Assembly: GCA_036170975.1 (NCBI GenBank)
Contig: JAVHQE010000064.1
Location: 1 to 52,641, forward strand
Source of the DNA: Minisyncoccota bacterium
GTDB lineage: Bacteria > Patescibacteriota > Minisyncoccia > Phycocordibacterales > UBA1550
Length of the DNA stretch: 52,641 bases
Direction of reading: 5' to 3'
Part shown: piece by piece, positions 8,567 through 16,953 of the stretch
How positions within the stretch are numbered: position 1 is the stretch's first letter
How the letters are laid out: each line of letters opens with the position of its first letter
Notes under the pieces: model-generated
Told to the model about the DNA's origin: nothing
Databases searched by the model: none
The model's input: only the letters and a program-made list of their open reading frames with translations
Translations under genes and position numbers: made by a program

Positions 8567-8902
8567 ATGAAAAAAGAAGTTCAAAAACCTAAAAAAGTTA
8601 CTATCGATGATTTGGCGGTGATGGTTGCTAAGGGGTTTAATGAGGTGGGTAGGGAAATAGGTGAAGTCAAAGACCGTCTGGGTGCAGTAGAGAATCGTCT
8701 GGGTGCAGTAGAGAATCGTCTGGGTGCAGTAGAGAATCGTCTGGGTGCAGTAGAGAATCGCTTGGACACCGTAGAAGAAAACATCATCGCAACTCGTCGG
8801 GACTTACTTACGATGGGTGACCGATTTGTTTTAAAGTACGAGATGTACGACCTTTCAACTCGCGTTGGCGTGCTTGAGCAAAAAGCAAAATCAAAAAAAT
8901 AA
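8567..8902 (+). CDS. hypothetical coiled-coil protein with heptad tandem repeats (RLGAVEN x4)
   Basis: 111-aa ORF. Four identical 7-aa repeats are encoded by a perfect 21-bp tandem repeat. Confidence 0.6.
   Translation: MKKEVQKPKKVTIDDLAVMVAKGFNEVGREIGEVKDRLGAVENRLGAVENRLGAVENRLGAVENRLDTVEENIIATRRDLLTMGDRFVLKYEMYDLSTRVGVLEQKAKSKK
8675..8779 (+). repeat. tandem repeat: four perfect copies of the 21-bp unit cgtctgggtgcagtagagaat (8675-8758) plus one degenerate copy
   Basis: Direct reading of the sequence. The repeat is in frame within CDS 8567..8902. Confidence 0.95.
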
Positions 8903-8941
8903 TTGAAGTTATGAATACCATCGTGCTATAATGAAGACACG

Positions 8942-10156
8942 ATGGTATTTTCTTTTTTTAATAAAAACGCCGAAGATAAAACGTTAGTACTCCTTGTTGA
9001 TATTGGGTCGGCAAGCGTAGGGTGTGCACTGGTAAAGAGAAAAGAAGGGGAGGTCTCACAGATTCTCGCCACGACGCGAACAGAACTTCATTTCCAGGAA
9101 TCACTTTCATCAGCAAAGTTTCTTTTTGCAATGAACCACGCATTAGAGCGGGCTCTTAAGGTAATGCAGGTAAAGACAAAAGAAATCTCTCTTGACAAGA
9201 GGAACGAAGGATCAGTTTCTCCTGCGTATATTTTTTGCACACTCTCATCACCGTGGTTCATTTTGAAAAACCGCCATATTCAGCTTGTTCGCGATAATCC
9301 TTTTGAGATTAACAGAGAAATGCTTGATGATCTTTTAAATAAAGATATCGAACTTTTGAAAGAAGAAATAAAGGAAACATTGCCTCTTAAAGACATCGTG
9401 GTTATTGAGAAAAAGATTATTCAAATGAAGTTAAATGGGTATGAAATAAAAAATCCTTATGGGCAAAAAACTGCTCAGGTGGATATCATCATGAACGTTG
9501 GTATTTCTTCGGGGAAAGTAGTTCAAAGTATCGAGCAAAAGATTAGCCAGTTTTTTCACTCTCCTCTAATACACTTCGGGGCCTTTCCGGTAGCTGCGTT
9601 TAGTGCGATACGGGACATATTTCCCTCTGAAAAAAGTTTTATTTTTCTTGATATTACAGGAGAAGCAACAGACGTTTCCTTTTCCGCAAACGACATCCTT
9701 ATGGAGACAATGTCTTTCCCTTATGGAAAAAACTTTTTTATTCGCAAACTCTCAACCAGTCTTCATACTCCCCACGAAGAAGCAAGTACACTTTTTTCTA
9801 TGTTCCTTCGTAAAGAACTCCCTCAAGATCAACAGGTTCTTGTTGAAAAGAGTATCGCTGATACGGGAAAAGAATGGAGTATTCGTTTTGGAAAATCAAT
9901 CAGCATGCTCTCTCGAAATGGAGTAATACCCCGAAAGGTATTTTTTACTACTGACATCGATTTGGCTAGTTTCTTCTTGTCGCTGATTTCCAAAGAAAAG
10001 ACAGAGTTTTTATTAAATGAATCTTTTGATGTACAATATATTAACCAGCCCCTTGTTGCAAACTTCATTTCATTTTCCCCAGAAGTTTCCCGAGATTCTT
10101 TTTTGGTAATTGAAGCATTACTCGTTGAAAAACTAATACCCCAATCTCAACTATAA
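8942..10156 (+). CDS. divergent actin-like ATPase fold protein (FtsA/PilM-like, ASKHA superfamily)
   Basis: LVLLVDIGSASVGCALV (phosphate-1-like) and FIFLDITGEATDVSF (phosphate-2-like) at the spacing expected for an actin fold. Otherwise divergent. Confidence 0.5.
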   Translation: MVFSFFNKNAEDKTLVLLVDIGSASVGCALVKRKEGEVSQILATTRTELHFQESLSSAKFLFAMNHALERALKVMQVKTKEISLDKRNEGSVSPAYIFCTLSSPWFILKNRHIQLVRDNPFEINREMLDDLLNKDIELLKEEIKETLPLKDIVVIEKKIIQMKLNGYEIKNPYGQKTAQVDIIMNVGISSGKVVQSIEQKISQFFHSPLIHFGAFPVAAFSAIRDIFPSEKSFIFLDITGEATDVSFSANDILMETMSFPYGKNFFIRKLSTSLHTPHEEASTLFSMFLRKELPQDQQVLVEKSIADTGKEWSIRFGKSISMLSRNGVIPRKVFFTTDIDLASFFLSLISKEKTEFLLNESFDVQYINQPLVANFISFSPEVSRDSFLVIEALLVEKLIPQSQL

Positions 10157-10160
10157 GCAC

Positions 10161-11531
10161 ATGAAAGACATTAATCAAAAATCAATGAATGGAATAATTT
10201 CGCCTCAGCAGGGTGGTTTTCGCAGGGAAGGGGTAATCCACAGTGTACACAATGAGCCCTCGGTAAATACGATAAATACTCCATCAGAAAAGAGAGAAGA
10301 CCGTATTGAAGGTAATCCGTTCTTTGAAAAAGGGTGGACCAAGACTGTTGAAAAGAAGAATGTTTTCAATCAAAAAAGAAAAATAGGCACACGCCCTATA
10401 ATTTGGTTTTTAATACTCCTCCTTATTTCTGGGGTTGGTTTTGGAATTTCAAATTATTTTTCCTCAGCACTGATAACGATTAAAGCAACGACACGAGCTG
10501 TCATTATTAATTCAGATTTCACTGCGACAAAAGACGGTACTCTCGACGACCTCCCTTTTAAAACAATGAGTATCGAAGAAGAAGAATCGAGAGATATCCC
10601 CTCAACTCTTGATAAGAAAATTCAAAAAAAAGCTTCAGGTAAAGTAATTATCTATAATGCGTATAGCGGTGAACAGCAACGGCTGATTAAAAACACCCGC
10701 CTCGAATCACTCGACCATAAGATTTTTCGTATTGATGAGTCTGTTGTTGTTCCTGGAGCAAAGATGGTTAATGGCAAGGTTGGCCAACCGGGAGCTGTTG
10801 AAGCGGTCGTTTATGCAGATGTACCTGGAAAGGAATACAATATTGGGCTCTCTGACTTCACTATTCCGGGGTTTAAGGGTGATCCTCGCTATTCGAAATT
10901 TACTGCCCGTTCTAAACCAGAGGCTCCTCTCTCGGGCGGTTTTTCTGGTGCGGTAAAAGTTCCCTCTGATGAAGCCATCGTTGCTACTCAAGAAGAAATC
11001 AAGGATAATCTTAAAAATACTGCAATCGAAAAAGCACGTGCGCAGATACCACCAGAGGTATCATTTTTCCCGGGGAGCATGGTTCTAAAATTTGAGGAAG
11101 TACCCCAAGAGTTTAGTACGGACAGCAGTATGAAGGTTGTTGTTCGTGCGATTGTAACCGTTTTCTTTTTCGATACGCCACTTCTCGTAAAAAAGCTCAC
11201 CGAAGCATCATCTCTTGATGTGCAAGGTGGTGAGTATTCGGTACCTTCCATGTCGTCACTTGTTTTCTCTTTTATCGACCCCGTAGAGAGCGTTGTCTTT
11301 TCAGATCTTACTAAAATACGATTCCATGTTGCGGGAAACATTTTGTTTGTAGGAAAGATAGATGATCAAAATATTAAAACGGTTCTTATTGGAAAAGAAA
11401 AAAAAGATTTTGGAAAACTTATTGCAAATGAACACAATGTAGCAAAAGCAGAGGCGGTTATTCGCCCAATGTGGAAGACTGTATTCCCAAAAGATACTGA
11501 AAAAATTGTGGTCAAGGTGGTAACTAATTAA
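10161..11531 (+). CDS. hypothetical single-pass membrane protein with a large extracytoplasmic domain
   Basis: Long ORF starting 4 nt after the previous gene. One TM helix (IIWFLILLLISGVGFGISNYF) lies about 85 aa from the N-terminus. Confidence 0.6.
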   Translation: MKDINQKSMNGIISPQQGGFRREGVIHSVHNEPSVNTINTPSEKREDRIEGNPFFEKGWTKTVEKKNVFNQKRKIGTRPIIWFLILLLISGVGFGISNYFSSALITIKATTRAVIINSDFTATKDGTLDDLPFKTMSIEEEESRDIPSTLDKKIQKKASGKVIIYNAYSGEQQRLIKNTRLESLDHKIFRIDESVVVPGAKMVNGKVGQPGAVEAVVYADVPGKEYNIGLSDFTIPGFKGDPRYSKFTARSKPEAPLSGGFSGAVKVPSDEAIVATQEEIKDNLKNTAIEKARAQIPPEVSFFPGSMVLKFEEVPQEFSTDSSMKVVVRAIVTVFFFDTPLLVKKLTEASSLDVQGGEYSVPSMSSLVFSFIDPVESVVFSDLTKIRFHVAGNILFVGKIDDQNIKTVLIGKEKKDFGKLIANEHNVAKAEAVIRPMWKTVFPKDTEKIVVKVVTN

Positions 11532-11577
11532 GTAGTTTGACTGTTACTTCTTTTTTTGATACGATAAGAACTTACAA

Positions 11578-11793
11578 ATGGCAGAAATCGAAAAAGAGGA
11601 ACTTATACAAGGAGAGGTTACAGAAGCGCTTCCGAGCGCAATGTTTCGAGTAGAATTTTCTGAAGGAAAGATCCTCCTTTGTTATTTGGCAGGAAAGATG
11701 CGTCTCCACCGCATTAAGGTGCTTATCGGAGATAAAGTTCTTGTAAAGATAGATCCATATGGGGGTAAAGGGAGAATCATTAAACGTTTGTAA
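11578..11793 (+). CDS. infA: translation initiation factor IF-1
   Basis: 71 aa with S1-like fold motifs (GEVTEALPSAMFRVEF, GKMRLHRIKVLIGDKVLV). Confidence 0.9.
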   Translation: MAEIEKEELIQGEVTEALPSAMFRVEFSEGKILLCYLAGKMRLHRIKVLIGDKVLVKIDPYGGKGRIIKRL

Positions 11794-11920
11794 GGATAAA
11801 AGGTACGAATAAGCCAATGTTTTATGGGCGCTATATAAAAAAACTGCTAAATCAAAAGAAGAGAGAAAATGAGGGTTATCTCACAAGGGAAACACTTGCC
11901 TCTCTTTTCTAAAGATTGGC

Positions 11921-11949
11921 TTGCATTTAAATTAAAAATAATATATAGT
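11921..11949 (+). promoter_or_regulatory. sigma70-like promoter (TTGCAT, 17-nt spacer, TATAGT)
   Basis: -35 at 11921-11926 and -10 at 11944-11949. The same hexamer pair recurs upstream of rpoA. Confidence 0.55.
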
Positions 11950-11990
11950 ACTCCTACTGTTTCAGGTTTTTAAGTTCACACTATGCGTTG

Positions 11991-12052
11991 GTAATAAAGT
12001 CACTCTATCCATGACTACTCGAAAGTAAGCATGGACAGAGAATTTTTATTAC
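11991..12052 (+). promoter_or_regulatory. structured 5-prime leader hairpin upstream of rpmJ
   Basis: The outer stem gtaataaa/tttattac and the inner stem ctctatccatg/catggacagag (one G-U) enclose a 16-nt apical region. The hairpin lies between the promoter and the rpmJ start codon. Confidence 0.45.
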
Positions 12053-12072
12053 GAGACGATAAAATATTTTGT

Positions 12073-12186
12073 ATGAAAGTACGAGCATCAGTAAAAAAAA
12101 TCTGCGTAAAATGTAAGACGGTCAAACGAGGTGACCGTATTCGCGTTATTTGCGCAGATCCGCGCCATAAACAGCGTCAGGGCTAA
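12073..12186 (+). CDS. rpmJ: 50S ribosomal protein L36
   Basis: My own translation gives [37 protein letters not shown] (37 aa), the canonical L36 Zn-ribbon. It is below the ORF-track cutoff. Confidence 0.9.
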   Translation: MKVRASVKKICVKCKTVKRGDRIRVICADPRHKQRQG

Positions 12187-12211
12187 ATAATTAAAATATC
12201 AAAAGATTTTT

Positions 12212-12592
12212 ATGCGTATCCTAGGAGTAACAATACCAGATGAAAAAAGATTAGAGATCAGCCTGACTGCGGTCTACGGTGTTGGCCGTCCCCGTGCAAA
12301 GGAAATTCTTGATTCTACAAAAATTGCCCACAGTGCCCGTGCAAAGGATCTTTCTCCTGAGGAAGAGGCAAAAATTCGTAAAGAAATAGAAGGGCTTACT
12401 CTCGAAGGAGATCTCAAGCGCGAAGTTTCGATGAATGTAAAGCGTCTGAAGGATATCAAGTCATATCGTGGTTCACGACATGCAAAAAAGCTCCCCGTAC
12501 GTGGACAACGTACAAAAACGAACTCACGTACCGTGAGGGGCAACATGCGGAAGACAATGGGTTCAGGTCGTCGTAAAGCTGAAAAGAAATAA
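12212..12592 (+). CDS. rpsM: 30S ribosomal protein S13
   Basis: MRILGVTIPDEKRLEISLTAVYGVG and a basic C-terminal tail, in alpha-operon context. Confidence 0.95.
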   Translation: MRILGVTIPDEKRLEISLTAVYGVGRPRAKEILDSTKIAHSARAKDLSPEEEAKIRKEIEGLTLEGDLKREVSMNVKRLKDIKSYRGSRHAKKLPVRGQRTKTNSRTVRGNMRKTMGSGRRKAEKK

Positions 12593-12601
12593 AAGATTTT
12601 T

Positions 12602-13036
12602 ATGGGTAAAAAACGAATTATCAAAAAAGAAGGACAGAGCATTGACCAGGGATTGGTATCTCGTGCTCTTGCACGTACCGCGAAAAAGAAGCATGTTGAT
12701 GGAACACTTTTTGTTCAGTCAACCTACAACAATACAAAGCTACTCCTTACAGATAAAAAGGGGAATGCACTCATCTGGTCATCATCAGGTTCCCTTGGTT
12801 TTAAGGGTGCGAAGAAGGGGACCCCGTTTGCTGCAGCAAAAATTGGTGAGCTTGTTGGAGAAAAAGCATCAATGATTGGCATTAAAGAAGTCGACGTTGT
12901 TGTTAAAGGAGTTGGCGCGGGACGCGAGAGTTCAATTCGTGGTTTTAATTCAAAGGGGATTGAAATCACTGGAATTCGGGACGTTACACCAGTTCCCCAC
13001 AATGGACCAAAGCCCCCAAAGCCAAGAAGGATTTAG
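12602..13036 (+). CDS. rpsK: 30S ribosomal protein S11
   Basis: STYNNTKLLLTDKKGNALIWSSSGSLGFKGAKKGTPFAA is a typical S11 core. Confidence 0.95.
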   Translation: MGKKRIIKKEGQSIDQGLVSRALARTAKKKHVDGTLFVQSTYNNTKLLLTDKKGNALIWSSSGSLGFKGAKKGTPFAAAKIGELVGEKASMIGIKEVDVVVKGVGAGRESSIRGFNSKGIEITGIRDVTPVPHNGPKPPKPRRI

Positions 13037-13057
13037 AAGTTAAGAACTCAATATCAT

Positions 13058-13690
13058 ATGATTACTGACCAGAAATGTAAAAAATGTCGCCGCGCAGGTG
13101 AAAAACTCTTCCTTAAAGGGGAGCGTTGTTTTACGCCTAAGTGTGCTATGGAGCGTAAACCATACCCTCCTGGTAAACTTTTTTCCGAGAGAAAACATCG
13201 CTCATCGGTTACTGAATATGGTACACAATTGCGTGAAAAACAAAAGGTTCGTAATACGTACCGTGTAAGCGAGAAGCAGTTTTCTAACTACGTAAAAGAA
13301 GCTTCTGGAAAGCAAGGAGTGAATCCTTCAGAGTACCTCTTTGAGGTTCTTGAATCACGCTTGGATAGTGCTATCTATCGTGCAGGATTTGCAGGAGCTC
13401 GATCCCTTGCACGTCAAATGGTTTCGCACGGGCACATTACCGTTAATGGTCGTCGTACGGACATACCTTCGCGTCGACTAAAGATTGGTGATGTGATCGC
13501 GGTGCGTGCGGGGAGCTCTGAGTCTAAGCTTTTTGAAGGACTAGGTGAAAAACTCAAGACTCTTACTGTTCCAACATGGTTTAAACTGGATACTGAGAAG
13601 ATTAACGCAACCTTCCAAGGCAAACCAAAAGTTGGGCAAGGGGAATCGTCGTTTAATCTTATCTCGGTTATTGAGTTCTATAGCCGTTAG
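13058..13690 (+). CDS. rpsD: 30S ribosomal protein S4 (Zn-ribbon type)
   Basis: CKKCRRAGEKLFLKGERCFTPKC at the N-terminus, YGTQLREKQK, and a C-terminal S4 RNA-binding domain. Confidence 0.95.
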   Translation: MITDQKCKKCRRAGEKLFLKGERCFTPKCAMERKPYPPGKLFSERKHRSSVTEYGTQLREKQKVRNTYRVSEKQFSNYVKEASGKQGVNPSEYLFEVLESRLDSAIYRAGFAGARSLARQMVSHGHITVNGRRTDIPSRRLKIGDVIAVRAGSSESKLFEGLGEKLKTLTVPTWFKLDTEKINATFQGKPKVGQGESSFNLISVIEFYSR

Positions 13691-13737
13691 TAAGAAGGAG
13701 CTTCTGAAATTTAAAAATTTTAAAAAAAGACCACTGT

Positions 13738-13766
13738 TTGCATTTATTAAAGATATAAGGTATAGT
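13738..13766 (+). promoter_or_regulatory. internal sigma70-like promoter (TTGCAT, 17-nt spacer, TATAGT) upstream of rpoA
   Basis: -35 at 13738-13743 and -10 at 13761-13766. The hexamers are identical to those of the rpmJ promoter. Confidence 0.5.
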
Positions 13767-13789
13767 TTTATCGTCTAATTTACATCACA

Positions 13790-14755
13790 ATGCTCGACTA
13801 CAACATCACATTGCCATCAAAACCAAAAGTTCTTTCCGAGGATGGTATTAAAGGAAGTTACGAAATTGACAGTCTTTACCCTGGGTATGGACATACTCTT
13901 GGTAATTCACTTCGTCGGATTATCCTCTCATCACTTTTTGGTGCTGCGATTACGACCGTAAAAATAGAAGGTGCACCACATGAATTTGCTACTCTCGAAG
14001 GAATTAAAGAAGATGTTATTACCATCCTCCTTAATTTAAAGAAAGTGCGTTTTAAGCTTGCAACAATGGAACCACAGACGGTGATTCTTTCCGTAAAAGG
14101 AGTAAAGGAAGTAACTGCTGGAGATATCCAAGTTTCAGGACAAGTAGAGGTTTTAAACCCTGAACAGCATATTGCAACATTGACCGACAAAAATGCATCA
14201 CTCAATATTGAAATTGTAGTAACAAAAGGTTTTGGCTACGTTGCAAAAGAAAACCATCAAAAGGAAAAAGTTGATATTGGCACCATTGCCGTCGATGCAA
14301 TTTTTACCCCTATTCGTCGTGTAAACTATGAAGTAGATAATATGCGCGTTGGGGACCGTACTGACTACAACCGTTTATTAATTACCATTGAGACGGATGG
14401 AACAATCACCCCACGACGTGCATTGGAAGCATCTATTGAAATTATGGTAAACCAGTTCAAGTCCATTATAGGATTTGTTGAACAAGAAGAAATCATCACT
14501 GAAGAAGTTACTGATTTAAAAGAAACTCCTACTAAAAAGGACTCTACTGATAATGAGTTCTTGAAAACACGCGTTGAGAACCTTGTTCTCTCGACACGTA
14601 CAACAAATGCTCTTTCAAACGCAAACATCCGTACGATCGGAGGCCTTGCACGCAAGACAGAAGAAGACCTTCTCGAGATTGATGGCTTGGGAGATAAAGG
14701 TATCCAGGAAATTAAACGAGCTCTTGGTATACACAGCATTACTTTGAAGGATTAA
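13790..14755 (+). CDS. rpoA: DNA-directed RNA polymerase subunit alpha
   Basis: N-terminal-domain motifs (GYGHTLGNSLRRILLSS-like) and a C-terminal domain (LSTRTTNALSNANIRTIGGL). Confidence 0.95.
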   Translation: MLDYNITLPSKPKVLSEDGIKGSYEIDSLYPGYGHTLGNSLRRIILSSLFGAAITTVKIEGAPHEFATLEGIKEDVITILLNLKKVRFKLATMEPQTVILSVKGVKEVTAGDIQVSGQVEVLNPEQHIATLTDKNASLNIEIVVTKGFGYVAKENHQKEKVDIGTIAVDAIFTPIRRVNYEVDNMRVGDRTDYNRLLITIETDGTITPRRALEASIEIMVNQFKSIIGFVEQEEIITEEVTDLKETPTKKDSTDNEFLKTRVENLVLSTRTTNALSNANIRTIGGLARKTEEDLLEIDGLGDKGIQEIKRALGIHSITLKD

Positions 14756-14775
14756 ATTAATACCCGCGAAATACT

Positions 14776-15138
14776 ATGAAACATCACAAGTCGATTCGAA
14801 AATTTGGACGAGACCATGCAGGACGCATTGCATTGCTACGCTCTCTTGCATTAGCGCTTATTGAACGTGAACATATCCAGACCACTGAGGCACGCGCAAA
14901 AGAGCTCCGACCATTCATTGAGAAGCTTGTAACGCATGGAAGGAGTGCAGAGCTTGCTTCTCCTCGTCTTATTATTTCACGTTTAGGGGGTGTGGACGGG
15001 GAAAGTGGTGCAAAAAAGATTATTGACGAAATTGCTCCTCGCTACAAAGAACGTGCGGGTGGATATACTCGTGTAATCAAATTGCCGCGTCGCCAAGGGG
15101 ATGCTAGCAAAATGGCTATTATTGAATTTGTGAATTAG
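14776..15138 (+). CDS. rplQ: 50S ribosomal protein L17
   Basis: MKHHKSIRKFGRDHAGRIALLRSLA...TTEARAKELRPFIEKLVT. Confidence 0.95.
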   Translation: MKHHKSIRKFGRDHAGRIALLRSLALALIEREHIQTTEARAKELRPFIEKLVTHGRSAELASPRLIISRLGGVDGESGAKKIIDEIAPRYKERAGGYTRVIKLPRRQGDASKMAIIEFVN

Positions 15139-15211
15139 CAATTCTAACCCAGCAGGGTTACATCTTGGATGCAAACTCTTGGATATAGAATAAAATTATT
15201 AAATTACTATC

Positions 15212-15556
15212 ATGACATACAAAATTGACGCAAAAGGAAAATCCGTAGGACGAGTTGCCACTGAAGCAGCGAGCGTTCTTATGGGTAAAAATTCACCCGC
15301 ATTTCAAAAACATCTGGCTGCTGACGTTGAGGTAGTCATTGAAAATGCTTCAAAGGCATCTATTGCCCCAAGTAAACTTGGAGAAGTCCACATGAAATCA
15401 TATTCTGGTTACCCCGGAGGACTTAAGGAACGCACCGTTTCTCAAACTATTGAGAAAAAGGGATTTGGTGAAGTATTCGTGCATGCGATTTCTCGCATGA
15501 TTCCCCGCAATCGCCTTCACAAGGTGCGTATGAAAAATTTAACTGTTACTGAATAA
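15212..15556 (+). CDS. rplM: 50S ribosomal protein L13 (short, 114 aa)
   Basis: GRVATEAASVLMGKN...SGYPGGLKE...RMIPRN motifs. Located upstream of rpsI, as in the canonical L13-S9 operon. Confidence 0.85.
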   Translation: MTYKIDAKGKSVGRVATEAASVLMGKNSPAFQKHLAADVEVVIENASKASIAPSKLGEVHMKSYSGYPGGLKERTVSQTIEKKGFGEVFVHAISRMIPRNRLHKVRMKNLTVTE

Positions 15557-15557
15557 T

Positions 15558-16025
15558 ATGACGACTAAAGAAATTACAACAAAAGAAGAAGAAATCGCTG
15601 TTACGGAAAAGGCTCCCGCAGTGAAAAAAAATGCAGCTCGTTATATCGAAGCAGTAGGTCGTCGCAAGACTTCGACCGCACGTGTACGAATCACGGAAGC
15701 TTCAAAAGGATCTTTAGTTATTAACGGCAAAGACCTCGCTACGTATTTTCCTACTCTTGAATTACAAAAAATAGTAAACGAAGCAATCGTGAAATCAAAA
15801 GTCGCGGGCAAGTTTATGGTCACGGTTGTCGTGCGTGGAGGAGGTATCCACTCACAAGCAGAGGCGCTTCGTCACGGACTTTCTAGAACTCTTGTGAAAT
15901 TTGATGAAGAAATTAGAAAACCTTTAAAGAAACTTGGTTTTCTTAAGCGCGATCCTCGCATGAAAGAACGTCGTAAATTCGGACTCAAGAAAGCACGTAA
16001 GGCTCCACAATGGAGTAAACGTTAA
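15558..16025 (+). CDS. rpsI: 30S ribosomal protein S9 (with an N-terminal extension)
   Basis: GRRKTSTARVRI...GGGIHSQAEALRHGLSRTL...RKFGLKKARKAPQWSKR. Confidence 0.95.
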   Translation: MTTKEITTKEEEIAVTEKAPAVKKNAARYIEAVGRRKTSTARVRITEASKGSLVINGKDLATYFPTLELQKIVNEAIVKSKVAGKFMVTVVVRGGGIHSQAEALRHGLSRTLVKFDEEIRKPLKKLGFLKRDPRMKERRKFGLKKARKAPQWSKR

Positions 16026-16047
16026 CATTGGTATCGATATTCTCACG

Positions 16048-16088
16048 AAAGGGAGGTCATTACAAAAAGTAATTTCCTCCCTTTTGTT
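16048..16088 (+). terminator. rho-independent terminator ending the ribosomal-protein transcription unit
   Basis: aaagggagg...cctcccttt stem with an inner attac/gtaat extension, then a T run. Confidence 0.75.
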
Positions 16089-16111
16089 TAATATGTTAGA
16101 ATAGGTATCTC

Positions 16112-16780
16112 ATGACACAAAAAAAGGAAACAGAAGGCGGTGAAAATTTAGAAGAAATTATGTATGACCAACAAGGAACGAACTCTCTTGACAGTACACT
16201 TGGTGATGTATATGATGGTGTCGTTCTACCAGAAAAAGATATGAAAGATGAAGAAATCCAATTTGAAAATGAAGACGAATTAGAAAGCCCTGTCTTGGTA
16301 CTGAAGAAAATACGTGAAAAACTGCATCTTTGCGAAAAGGAGAAAAGAGAGTACCTTGATGGATGGCAACGAATGCGTGCAGACTTTGCAAATGTACGAA
16401 AAGAAGAAGAAACACGTCGTGGTGAGATGATAAAATTTGCATCAGAAGGTCTTGTTGAAGACCTCCTACCCGTCCTCGATAGTTTTTCTATGGCATTTGC
16501 AAATAAAGAGGCGTGGGAAAAAGTTGATGCAAACTGGCGCAAAGGAGTAGAATATATTTATGCGCAGATGTATGCAGTACTCGAGTCGCGTGGACTTACC
16601 GAGATAGGGAAGGTAGGAGAACCAGTAGACCCACGCTCCCACGTCACTATGGCAGAAGTAGCTACATCTTCAGAAGAACAGGTGCATACAATTGCAGAAG
16701 TCATACAAAAGGGGTATCGTTTACATAGTAAGGTTATTCGTCCCGCAAAGGTAAAAACATTTGGACATAAAGCAGGATAG
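16112..16780 (+). CDS. grpE: nucleotide exchange factor GrpE
   Basis: LDGWQRMRADFANVRKE and a C-terminal beta-domain (GYRLHSKVIRPAKV). Located upstream of dnaK. Confidence 0.9.
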   Translation: MTQKKETEGGENLEEIMYDQQGTNSLDSTLGDVYDGVVLPEKDMKDEEIQFENEDELESPVLVLKKIREKLHLCEKEKREYLDGWQRMRADFANVRKEEETRRGEMIKFASEGLVEDLLPVLDSFSMAFANKEAWEKVDANWRKGVEYIYAQMYAVLESRGLTEIGKVGEPVDPRSHVTMAEVATSSEEQVHTIAEVIQKGYRLHSKVIRPAKVKTFGHKAG

Positions 16781-16840
16781 GTTAGAAGGAAAAGTCGAAT
16801 TTTATAAATAAGATAACGAGCGAAGTGACATTAGATTATT

Positions 16841-16953
16841 TACCCAGTTAAATGATTTCAAATTTATACAAATTTGAAATCGCGATTTGGAAAATCGCAT
16901 TTAACCGGGTGCAAGTTTTTCTAAGCTCACTGCGTTCACTAATAAAAACTAAC
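16841..16953 (+). promoter_or_regulatory. structured leader element, copy A (three-way junction 16847-16905 plus stem 16914-16920/16944-16950)
   Basis: Perfect helices read directly from the sequence. A near-identical paralog lies at 42161-42336. The element ends at the dnaK ATG. Confidence 0.6.

Noticed and set aside
8675-8758. Possible CRISPR array, suggested by the perfect direct repeats
   Set aside because: The repeats are contiguous 21-bp units with no spacers. They lie in frame inside a CDS and encode heptads. No cas genes are present.
16026-16111. CIRCE/HrcA operator (TTAGCACTC-N9-GAGTGCTAA) upstream of grpE or dnaK
   Set aside because: No match to the CIRCE inverted repeat occurs in 16026-16111 or 16781-16953, and no hrcA gene is in the window.
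16852-16953. N-terminal extension of dnaK in the ORF track ([20 protein letters not shown]...)
   Set aside because: The canonical Hsp70 N-terminus [14 protein letters not shown] starts at 16954. The extension coincides with the structured leader, and the paralogous leader copy at 42161-42336 has an in-frame stop in the same register, so the region is not conserved as coding.
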